Below, piece after piece: positions 17,799-25,340 of a DNA stretch of 61,867 nucleotides. The stretch is from Chryseobacterium gleum (GTDB taxonomy: Bacteria > Bacteroidota > Bacteroidia > Flavobacteriales_D > Sanyastnellaceae), in the NCBI GenBank assembly GCA_945869405.1, contig CAMBPD010000001.1:1-61867 (forward strand), read 5' to 3'. The first letter of the stretch is position 1. Every line of letters begins with the position of its first letter. The position numbers were made by a program, and so were the translations under genes. Below the pieces are notes generated by a model that saw nothing but the letters and a program-made list of their open reading frames with translations, was not told the DNA's origin and ran no database searches.

Positions 17799-18695
17799 TT
17801 ATTTCAAAAACTCCACTTTCGGCTTAGTTCCATCGAACCAAGTAGGTAAACCCCAAAGTCCTGAGCGCATTTTATTGCCTTTGGCATCTTGAGTGACTAC
17901 TAACAATTCTTTTCTTGCCTTCATGTTTGATAGTATTACCGAAATATACTTTCCAAGGTCAGAGCGTGACTTTCCAGGGTATAAGCTTGCTAGCTTATCG
18001 GTAATCACCGAGTTAGTTGTAAAACGAGCGCTACTGCCTACAATCCCCTGAATTTTCTCGGCTAAATCCGGTATACGATTACGTTTGCCTGGCTTACTTG
18101 GCTTGCTGGCCGTTGGTTTTTTAACCGGCTTCTTTGCCTTTGCCAATGGTTTTACAATTCCTTTTTTCGATGCCGATGGCTTAGATGGCTTGACTGCCTT
18201 AGCACTCTTCTTCTTCTGCGCCAAAGACTTGGATAATACCGGCATTGATACCAAAACCACATTTTCATTCACAGCAGATTCCACTGGTTTTACAATTCCT
18301 TTTTTCGCTGCCAATGGCTTAGATGGCTTAACCGCCTTGGCACTCTTCTTCTGCGCTTTAGGCTTCGATAAAACTGACTTTGATGCCACAACAACATTTT
18401 CATTCCGAGCAGACTCAACCGGGGTATTGTTCGATACTGGCAAAGCACTCGCCTTCTTAGGCCCTGTCTTTTTCGATCCTGGCTTATTCTTAGCACCAGG
18501 TGGACGACCTCGCTTGCCCGTTTTCACTTTTACCTCCGTGCCCAACATTTGTTGCAGCGTTGGGATCTTTGCCTTCCTTCCTCTGCTTGCACCAACACCT
18601 TGAAGTATTCGGTATGCCTCAGATAGAACATTATATTCTTTTTGAATAGACTCCATTCGATTGCGAATTTGAGCCAAGTATATTGCTTTCGCCAT
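17799..18695 (-). CDS. Lys-rich histone H1-like DNA-binding protein with an AT-hook motif and a C-terminal winged-helix-like domain
   Basis: The AT-hook core is KTGKRGRPPGAKNKPGSKKTGPKK. A tandem 45/46-aa K/A/P/S-rich repeat is present. The globular C-terminus is ..FTTNSVITDKLASLYPGKSRSDLGKYISVILSNMKARKELLVV..SGLWGLPTWF. The start is at MAKAIYLAQIRN (18695). Confidence 0.6.
   Translation of the reverse strand: MAKAIYLAQIRNRMESIQKEYNVLSEAYRILQGVGASRGRKAKIPTLQQMLGTEVKVKTGKRGRPPGAKNKPGSKKTGPKKASALPVSNNTPVESARNENVVVASKSVLSKPKAQKKSAKAVKPSKPLAAKKGIVKPVESAVNENVVLVSMPVLSKSLAQKKKSAKAVKPSKPSASKKGIVKPLAKAKKPVKKPTASKPSKPGKRNRIPDLAEKIQGIVGSSARFTTNSVITDKLASLYPGKSRSDLGKYISVILSNMKARKELLVVTQDAKGNKMRSGLWGLPTWFDGTKPKVEFLK
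18148..18420 (-). repeat. in-frame tandem duplication (138 bp plus 135 bp) inside the Lys-rich protein gene
   Basis: Copies at 18148-18285 and 18286-18420 both begin ggttttacaattccttttttcg and are roughly 80 percent identical by eye. One copy carries an extra ctt (one extra Lys). They encode PVESA(R/V)NENVV..SKS..AQKK(K)SAKAVKPSKP..KKGIVK. Confidence 0.85.
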
Positions 18696-18919
18696 GAGTA
18701 TTAAATTATGAGGCAAATGTAGCAAAGACCGCATTTAACAGGTAAAAAAAATGACACTAATTGTCATATTCCTATTTAATCGCATCTAATAAGATAAACA
18801 CCAAGACCTGGTTTAAAGAATTTTATAATCATTTGATTCCACAACGACTAGTGAAATTCAAACCCATCCGAGCATTGCAAAGCCTCAAAATTCGCTAATT
18901 TCACAGCCAAATTTTTTGT

Positions 18920-20935
18920 ATGCCCGCACTTCAAAAACCCTCTATTAAGTTCAACAAAAATCACGGTCTTAGCAACGATGAACTTCTACGTTTCTATCAA
19001 GCGATTCTTCTTCCACGACTCATAGAGGAGAAAATGCTCAGTCAACTCAGATTGGGTAAAATATCAAAGTGGTTCAGCAGTTTCGGACAAGAGGCTATTT
19101 CAGTGGGTGTTGCGTTGGCCATGGACAAAGAAGAATATATCTTACCCATGCACAGGAACCTAGGCATTTTTACCGGGCGCGATTTACCCCTTGACCAGTT
19201 GTTTATGCAGTTTCAAGGCAAAGAGCGAGGGTTCACAAAAGGACGAGACCGTTCGTTTCATTTTGGAACTCAAAAGCACAAAGTTGTGGGCATGATATCA
19301 CACCTCGGTCCGCAACTTGGCATTGCAGACGGCATCGCTCTGGCCAACAAACTAGGCAAGGAAAAGAAGGCAACGATTGTTTTTTGTGGAGATGGTGGAG
19401 CAAGTGAGGGCGACTTCCATGAAGCACTAAATGTTGCTGCAGTATGGGATCTTCCTGTGATTATTGCAATAGAAAACAATGCGTGGGGTTTGTCTACGCC
19501 AAGTAAAGAACAGTTTCGATGCAAACAATTCATCGACAAGGCCATTGGCTACGGCATGCCCTCAGAAGATGCAATACAGGTCGACGGAAATAATATACTG
19601 GAAGTTTACAATGCAGTGAAAACCGCGGCAGAAAGCATTCGCGAACGTCCGCGACCTATCCTAATGGAATTCATGACTTTCCGTCTGCGTGGCCACGAAG
19701 AAGCCAGTGGCACGAAGTATTATCCAGACGGACTAATACAAGATTGGGAGAAAAAAGACCCTGTAGATAATTTCGAAGCCTGGTTGTATGAAAAGGGTAT
19801 AATCAATGAAGAGTCTGAAGGACGTATTCGCTCTGCACTCAAGCAACAAATAAGTGACGCGCTCAAAACCGCTTATGCCGAGCCTGATATTACCCCTGCA
19901 ACAGAGCTGGAAGTGAATGATGTCTATGCACATTTTGAGAATGCCGCTATTCATCCAACGAGTCCAGAAAAAACTGAACGTAGATTTATTGATGCCATAG
20001 GTGACGGCCTTCGCCAGAGCATGAATCGTCATGAAAAACTGGTACTGATGGGTCAAGACATTGCTGATTATGGTGGTGTTTTCAAAGTAACTGAGGGTTT
20101 TGTTGCTGAATTCGGCAAAGAGAGAGTGCGCAATACTCCTCTGTGCGAATCTGCCATTGTGGGCACCGGACTCGGGCTCTCCATGCGCGGATGGAAGGCG
20201 ATGGTGGAAATGCAGTTTGCAGACTTCGTGACCTGCGGATTCAATCAAATCATCAACAACCTCGCAAAGCTTCACTATCGCTGGCAGGAAAATGCGGATG
20301 TTGTCGTAAGAATGCCAACCGGCGCAGGTATGGCTGCCGGCCCCTTTCACAGCCAAAGCAATGAGGCTTGGTTTGCGCACACCCCCGGCCTCAAAGTAGT
20401 TTATCCCGCCTTTCCATATGACGCAAAAGGTCTTCTCTGCCAAGCGTTTGAAGATCCTAATCCTGTTATTTTCTTTGAGCACAAAGGATTGTATAGAAAT
20501 ATTTCTGGCGATGTCCCCAATGACTTTTACACCATTCCATTCGGCAAAGCGCAATTAATTAAACAGGGCGAAAAAATCACCATTGTAACCTACGGTTTAG
20601 GGGTGCATTGGGCACTTGATTATTTAAAGCAATACCCGGGTTTAAGCGCCGATTTAATTGATTTGAGAACCCTGCTTCCACTCGATATGGAAACTATTTA
20701 CGCGTCGGTGAAAAAAACAGGGCGCGTTATAGTGTTGCATGAAGACTCGCTCACCGGGGGAATCGGCGGAGAAATCGCGGCTCGAATTGGAGAGCATTGT
20801 TTCGAGCACCTCGATGCCCCAGTTGTTCGGTGTGCAAGTTTAGATACACCCATACCGTTTAATGCTGAGCTCGAGAAAAACTTCTTGGCGAATAAATACC
20901 TCGAAAATGCCATCGACAAACTGCTTCGATATTAA
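18920..20935 (+). CDS. fused 2-oxoacid (branched-chain type) dehydrogenase E1 component, alpha and beta subunits in one polypeptide
   Basis: The N-terminal half carries the TPP-binding E1-alpha motif (FCGDGGASEGDFHEALNVAAVWDLPVI..ENNAWG). The C-terminal half is E1-beta-like (MGQDIADYGGVFKVTEGF..NTPLCESAIVG..). This fusion is common in Bacteroidota. Confidence 0.85.
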   Translation: MPALQKPSIKFNKNHGLSNDELLRFYQAILLPRLIEEKMLSQLRLGKISKWFSSFGQEAISVGVALAMDKEEYILPMHRNLGIFTGRDLPLDQLFMQFQGKERGFTKGRDRSFHFGTQKHKVVGMISHLGPQLGIADGIALANKLGKEKKATIVFCGDGGASEGDFHEALNVAAVWDLPVIIAIENNAWGLSTPSKEQFRCKQFIDKAIGYGMPSEDAIQVDGNNILEVYNAVKTAAESIRERPRPILMEFMTFRLRGHEEASGTKYYPDGLIQDWEKKDPVDNFEAWLYEKGIINEESEGRIRSALKQQISDALKTAYAEPDITPATELEVNDVYAHFENAAIHPTSPEKTERRFIDAIGDGLRQSMNRHEKLVLMGQDIADYGGVFKVTEGFVAEFGKERVRNTPLCESAIVGTGLGLSMRGWKAMVEMQFADFVTCGFNQIINNLAKLHYRWQENADVVVRMPTGAGMAAGPFHSQSNEAWFAHTPGLKVVYPAFPYDAKGLLCQAFEDPNPVIFFEHKGLYRNISGDVPNDFYTIPFGKAQLIKQGEKITIVTYGLGVHWALDYLKQYPGLSADLIDLRTLLPLDMETIYASVKKTGRVIVLHEDSLTGGIGGEIAARIGEHCFEHLDAPVVRCASLDTPIPFNAELEKNFLANKYLENAIDKLLRY

Positions 20936-21029
20936 GACCAGAACGACGATTAATTCATAAAAGAGTAACACACCTTTCACGCGCCCTCAACACAGCGGAT
21001 ACACATTTGTCGCCTATCACAAAGCGCTT

Positions 21030-21341
21030 TTGGAACAGAAGGTTAACTACAATGATTTTGAACGAGAATTGGCTCATTTCACCCGGGCTGTTGGTCACCC
21101 TGCGCGCATCGCTGTGCTCGTCGAAATAGCGCGCAGAGGCTTTGTGGTTCAAGGAGAAGTCATTGAAGTGCCTCAACTGTCCCAAGCAACCGTGTTGCAG
21201 CATTTACGCGAATTGAAAAGGGCAGGACTTCTCCGAGGGAGGATCTTCGGTTCCAAAGCAGATTATAGTATCGATGTAGAGAATCTCCACAAATTCGACG
21301 AGCAGTTTGCCGCATTTATGCAGCACTTCAAAAACTCTTAA
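21030..21341 (+). CDS. ArsR/SmtB family transcriptional regulator (winged HTH)
   Basis: FTRAVGHPARIAVLVEIARRG..EVPQLSQATVLQHLRELKRAGLL matches the family. The only in-frame start is a TTG at 21030, so the start is uncertain. Confidence 0.65.
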   Translation: MEQKVNYNDFERELAHFTRAVGHPARIAVLVEIARRGFVVQGEVIEVPQLSQATVLQHLRELKRAGLLRGRIFGSKADYSIDVENLHKFDEQFAAFMQHFKNS

Positions 21342-21397
21342 GAACAAGGTAACAAACCCATAACAATGGATTCGTCCGGGAACTTGAGATTTGTAAC

Positions 21398-21727
21398 ATG
21401 GTATCCAAAGTGTTTCCTTTCCTCGTTGCAATCGGAATATTGTGTCTTTCGCTAGAAGCGTTTGCTGGTGTTCCTAAGACAGAAACCCGACACATCCATG
21501 GTAAAATCATTGATGCAACCACGGGGGAAGCGCTCACCGGAGTGCTCATCAAACTAGAGGGCTTTGATCAAAGTACCCTATCAGACGAAAGTGGGAATTT
21601 TACCATTGACTATTGTGCTGACAACCCCAAAACGCTCACTCTATCCTTGGTTTCGTTTCAAACCATTTCTCTTTCTTTAACGGATCTTAGCGCCGAATCT
21701 ACCATAGCGCTGCACGAAAAACCTTAG
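21398..21727 (+). CDS. small secreted carboxypeptidase-regulatory-like domain protein
   Basis: A signal peptide (MVSKVFPFLVAIGILCLSLEAFA) is followed by IHGKIIDATTGEALTGVLIKLEG..LSDESGNFTI. The protein is the length of the domain only (109 aa). Confidence 0.6.
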   Translation: MVSKVFPFLVAIGILCLSLEAFAGVPKTETRHIHGKIIDATTGEALTGVLIKLEGFDQSTLSDESGNFTIDYCADNPKTLTLSLVSFQTISLSLTDLSAESTIALHEKP

Positions 21728-21834
21728 AAACAAGGCCTTGTTGAATTTTTAACAGGGAAATCTGAACTTTAATGTTAAATTATCGTTACGTTTGTGTGAC
21801 CCCAAAGTAAATCAAACTACGGGTCTCATAAATT

Positions 21835-22311
21835 ATGAAACTGAACATCCTGGTAATTGTGCTACTCGCACTAGTTCACTCCTCCGTAATTTCTCAGTCT
21901 GCGCCCGTTTTGCAGAACGGCTTGTATACCGATATAGATGGTTCACTATACAGCGGTAACGCGACCCTCCAATCCAATGAAGAAGGTAATGCAACCCGGC
22001 AGTACATTGAGGTTGACAATGGCCTTTTACACGGTGTTGTCAAGTATTTCCACTCCAAAGGTTATTTGGAAGAAACGGGCAGTTACACTCATGGAAAAAA
22101 AGATGGCGTTTGGGTTCAATATGCCGCTAACGGCCAACAATTAGGCGAAGCATACTACAACGACGGAAAAAAAGATGGCATCTGGACTGTTTGGGACGAG
22201 CAAGGCATAAAACGTTATCATATGGTCTATAGCATGGGCAAAAAAGTAGACACTTGGAAAATGTGGGATCAACATTCTACCTTGGTGAGTGAGCGTTTCT
22301 ACAACGAATAA
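21835..22311 (+). CDS. secreted MORN-variant repeat protein (YwqK family)
   Basis: A signal peptide (MKLNILVIVLLALVHSSVISQ) precedes repeats of G.K.G.W..(Y/W): HGKKDGVWVQY, DGKKDGIWTVW and MGKKVDTWKMW. Confidence 0.65.
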   Translation: MKLNILVIVLLALVHSSVISQSAPVLQNGLYTDIDGSLYSGNATLQSNEEGNATRQYIEVDNGLLHGVVKYFHSKGYLEETGSYTHGKKDGVWVQYAANGQQLGEAYYNDGKKDGIWTVWDEQGIKRYHMVYSMGKKVDTWKMWDQHSTLVSERFYNE

Positions 22312-23285
22312 CCAACCATCTTGCAAAGTTCCTCGTTGTTAGCGTTTAAATGTGGGCCATCTAAATCTGCCCAATCACATAAGTAGGTTAGCTGTTCTGC
22401 TGCATTACAGCCAATACTCGACTCACTCATACAACCAATGAGTGTACTTCCACCTCTGCCCCTGGTATATTCTAACTGACGCCAAGCGGGAGTTATTCCT
22501 CCACACTTTTGCAGCTTCACATTTACTCCATCAAAAGCTTGAAGTACCTCCTCTAAATCGTTAAACCCCTGGCAAGCTTCATCAGCAATTACAGGGATTT
22601 TCGTTCGCTGCGACAGCTGATACGAGTTCTCCCTGTCGGACATGTGAAAAGGCTGCTCAATTAATACGCATCCTTCCCTCTCGAGTGTATCCAAAACTGG
22701 CAACGCTTGTTCGAGCTGACCCCATGCTTGGTTTGCATCAACCGCGAATGGCGCTTTCGACAGCAACCTGAAATTGCGCAAGACATCGAGATCATTCACC
22801 CCATCGAGCTTCAATTTAAAAAATGAAAAACCCTTCTCTGTCGCATACCGGATTTTCTCCTCCATGAGCGACTTATTGCAAACACCAATGGTATAGGAAT
22901 GCGCTACCTGAACACCATGTTCTCTGCTATCGCCCATTGCACGCGATACTGTAGTTTTACATTGTGAAAGATGCACTTGCCAGCGCGCCATATCGAGAGC
23001 AGCGAGGGCGGGCATTAGATCAGGAATCATCTGTTGCAATGCCGAATGCCAATCCTGTGGGCGATCAAGTTGCAACGCATCCCTCAACCCTTCATGCGAA
23101 AGCGCCTCAATCACATGAGTCGTCGTTACCCCGAGGTAGGGAGGCAGTGTTGCTTCACCATAACCAACGAAACCGTCGAGTTCCAACCTCAAAAAAACTA
23201 CATCTGTGCCCAAGCGCTCACCATGTGCAATTCTAAAAGGGTGACGAAAGCGCAAAAAAGAAGATTGGAATTCGAGCTTAATCAT
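22299..23285 (-). CDS. dipeptide epimerase (L-Ala-D/L-Glu epimerase type, enolase superfamily)
   Basis: FRIAHGERLGTDVVFLRLELDGFVGYGEA..FKLKLDG..VDANQAW..LIEQP..IPVIADEA match the enolase superfamily. The start overlaps the cysQ stop. Confidence 0.75.
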   Translation of the reverse strand: MIKLEFQSSFLRFRHPFRIAHGERLGTDVVFLRLELDGFVGYGEATLPPYLGVTTTHVIEALSHEGLRDALQLDRPQDWHSALQQMIPDLMPALAALDMARWQVHLSQCKTTVSRAMGDSREHGVQVAHSYTIGVCNKSLMEEKIRYATEKGFSFFKLKLDGVNDLDVLRNFRLLSKAPFAVDANQAWGQLEQALPVLDTLEREGCVLIEQPFHMSDRENSYQLSQRTKIPVIADEACQGFNDLEEVLQAFDGVNVKLQKCGGITPAWRQLEYTRGRGGSTLIGCMSESSIGCNAAEQLTYLCDWADLDGPHLNANNEELCKMVGYSL

Positions 23286-24055
23286 GGAAGAATCTGAACC
23301 AGAAAAGGGGTATTGTACAGACTCTCCTTATTGTAATGAACTTCGGCTGCACTGACGTACTGAAAACGTGCACCAGCTTCCTCAACAAGAATATGACCGG
23401 CGGCAGTATCCCATTCCATCGTTGGACCATGCCGATAGTACACATCCGCCATTCCAGACGCTATCAATGCGAATTTTAGCGCACTACCCGCCTTGATAAA
23501 CTGAGAAATGGGGAATTCGCGCAACACGTGCCGCTCCTCTTCTGATCCATGTGACCCGCTACCAACCGCGATCCATTCAGACTCCTTTCTATTTGCGCGA
23601 ATTGGAAGAGAGCGTATGCCGTCATCCAAAAACGCTCCGCCACCTTGAACTGCCCAGTAGGTATGGCCAGATACCGGAACGTGGATGAACCCCATGACGG
23701 GCACCTGATTTTCGATGAGTGCCAAGTTAATTGTGAATTGGTCGTTGTGTTTGATGAATTCCTTTGTCCCATCGAGTGGATCAAGACACCAATAACGATC
23801 CCACTGTTTCCGAGTTTCGTAGCGCTCATGAACAGACTCCTCCGAAAGCATAGGAATACTTGCGTCTAATTGATTCAGTTTTTCTGTTAGGTAGTTGTGG
23901 GAGAGGCGATCGGCCAATGTAAGCGGTGAAGAATCCTCCTTCAATTCCACCTGCGCAGCGCCAATATCTTGCTTATACACTTCCATGATTAATCCGCCTG
24001 CATGTCTTAAAAAGGCAAGTATTTCAGGCACCAACTCTCTCATGATGACGCGCAT
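23282..24055 (-). CDS. cysQ: 3'(2'),5'-bisphosphate nucleotidase
   Basis: SPLTLADRLSH..MLSEE..WCLDPLDGTKEFI..GSALKFALIASGMADVY..PTMEWDTAAG are the inositol monophosphatase/CysQ motifs. An alternative ATG lies at 24043. Confidence 0.8.
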   Translation of the reverse strand: MRVIMRELVPEILAFLRHAGGLIMEVYKQDIGAAQVELKEDSSPLTLADRLSHNYLTEKLNQLDASIPMLSEESVHERYETRKQWDRYWCLDPLDGTKEFIKHNDQFTINLALIENQVPVMGFIHVPVSGHTYWAVQGGGAFLDDGIRSLPIRANRKESEWIAVGSGSHGSEEERHVLREFPISQFIKAGSALKFALIASGMADVYYRHGPTMEWDTAAGHILVEEAGARFQYVSAAEVHYNKESLYNTPFLVQILP

Positions 24056-24297
24056 TGTAGGTCGCTATAATAAGACACAAGATCCAATGAAATTCGAGTC
24101 ATAGTGACCCGTGAAGCGCGCAAATCACATCCGAGTTCAGATGCTCTCGGCAACTGCCTACAATTGGGTATTTGACTATATAACTCCATAACTAGATTCT
24201 GGTCGCTTCGAAAGTACAGTAAATGCAATCATCATAAATCACCACACCACTGTTAATGCGAAAACCTCTTATTTTTACGGCCTATTCAAAATTAATC

Positions 24298-25275
24298 ATG
24301 AGAGAAATTCAATTCCGTGAGGCTATATGCGAGGCGATGTCCGAAGAAATGCGCCGCGATGAGTCAGTGTTTTTACTTGGGGAAGAGGTTGCTGAATATA
24401 ACGGAGCCTACAAGGCTTCAAAGGGCATGCTCGATGAATTCGGAGCGAAGCGAGTGATAGACACCCCCATTGCCGAGCTAGGTTTTTCTGGTATTGCCGT
24501 TGGCGCCGCCATGAATGGTCTGCGACCCATTGTTGAGTTTATGACTTGGAATTTCGCCATACTTGCTGCTGATCAAATCATAAATTCTGCTGCAAAAATG
24601 CTGCAAATGAGTGGTGGACAGTATAACGTCCCGATTGTATTCCGAGGTCCAAACGGAACAGCTGGTCAATTGGCAGCTACACACTCGCAAAGTTTCGAGT
24701 CGATGTATGCGCACATCCCTGGATTAAAAGTTATTACTCCATCAAATCCATATGACGCGAAAGGTCTTTTAAAGGCAGCTATTCGCGACAATGACCCAGT
24801 AGTGTTTTTTGAAAGTGAGAAGATGTATGGCGATAAAGGGCTTGTGCCAGATGGTGAGTATATCATTCCAATCGGATTGGCCGACATCAAGAGAGAAGGA
24901 ACTGATGTTACCTTGGTCTCCTTTGGGAAAATAATGAAGACTGCTCTGGCGGCGGCAGCTGAGCTCGAAAAAGAAGGCATCAGCATGGAAGTAATCGATT
25001 TACGTACCATCCGTCCGTTGGATATTGACACCATCGTTCAATCCGTAAAAAAGACCAACCGCCTTATCATCCTAGAAGAGTCTTGGCCCGTAGCAAGCAT
25101 TTCGACAGAGATTGCATACCGTGTGCAACGTCATGCGTTCGATTATCTCGACGCACCTATTCGTCGCCTTACTCAAACAGATACTCCACTCCCCTTCGCA
25201 ACAACACTTATAGATGCCGCACTACCTCAAATAGCTGACGTAGTTCGCACTGCGAAAGAAGTTTTGTACAAATAG
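24298..25275 (+). CDS. pdhB: pyruvate dehydrogenase E1 component beta subunit
   Basis: MREIQFREAICEAMSEEMRRDESVFLLGEEVAEYNGAYKASKGMLDEFG..RVIDTPIAELGF matches E1-beta. The start is at ATG 24298. No E1-alpha gene is adjacent. Confidence 0.85.
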   Translation: MREIQFREAICEAMSEEMRRDESVFLLGEEVAEYNGAYKASKGMLDEFGAKRVIDTPIAELGFSGIAVGAAMNGLRPIVEFMTWNFAILAADQIINSAAKMLQMSGGQYNVPIVFRGPNGTAGQLAATHSQSFESMYAHIPGLKVITPSNPYDAKGLLKAAIRDNDPVVFFESEKMYGDKGLVPDGEYIIPIGLADIKREGTDVTLVSFGKIMKTALAAAAELEKEGISMEVIDLRTIRPLDIDTIVQSVKKTNRLIILEESWPVASISTEIAYRVQRHAFDYLDAPIRRLTQTDTPLPFATTLIDAALPQIADVVRTAKEVLYK

Positions 25276-25288
25276 TACTATGTCAAAT

Positions 25289-25320
25289 AAAAAAAAGCCG
25301 CTTCGAGCGGCTTTTTTTGT
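25289..25320. terminator. bidirectional rho-independent terminator between convergent pdhB and the cytochrome gene
   Basis: The sequence is aaaaaaaa-agccgc-ttcga-gcggct-ttttttt: a 6-bp GC-rich stem flanked by an A-run and a T-run. Confidence 0.7.
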
Positions 25321-25340
25321 TTTTATCCAAACTGAACTCA

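Noticed and set aside
18085-18603. 172-aa plus-strand ORF (Phe/Leu/Gly-rich, repeat-containing) opposite the Lys-rich protein gene
   Set aside because: It mirrors the AAG/AAA-rich coding strand. The minus-strand ORF is longer, has structured N- and C-terminal regions and is followed by a good terminator. I flag this as the one place where strand choice deserves experimental confirmation.
19733-20554. 273-aa minus-strand ORF antisense to the fused E1 alpha/beta dehydrogenase gene
   Set aside because: It lies entirely within a CDS that has strong, continuous homology-type motifs on the plus strand. The antisense translation has no recognisable motif and is Cys/Phe/Ile-rich in the way typical of shadow ORFs.
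18920-20935. E1 alpha/beta fusion, and the LpxC/FabZ fusion at 45499-46935, as candidate novel gene fusions
   Set aside because: Both fusions are well-known lineage markers of Bacteroidota and are not novel.
24040-24228. 62-aa minus-strand ORF in the cysQ/pdhB divergent spacer
   Set aside because: It overlaps the cysQ 5' end out of frame and has no recognisable features, so it is probably spurious.
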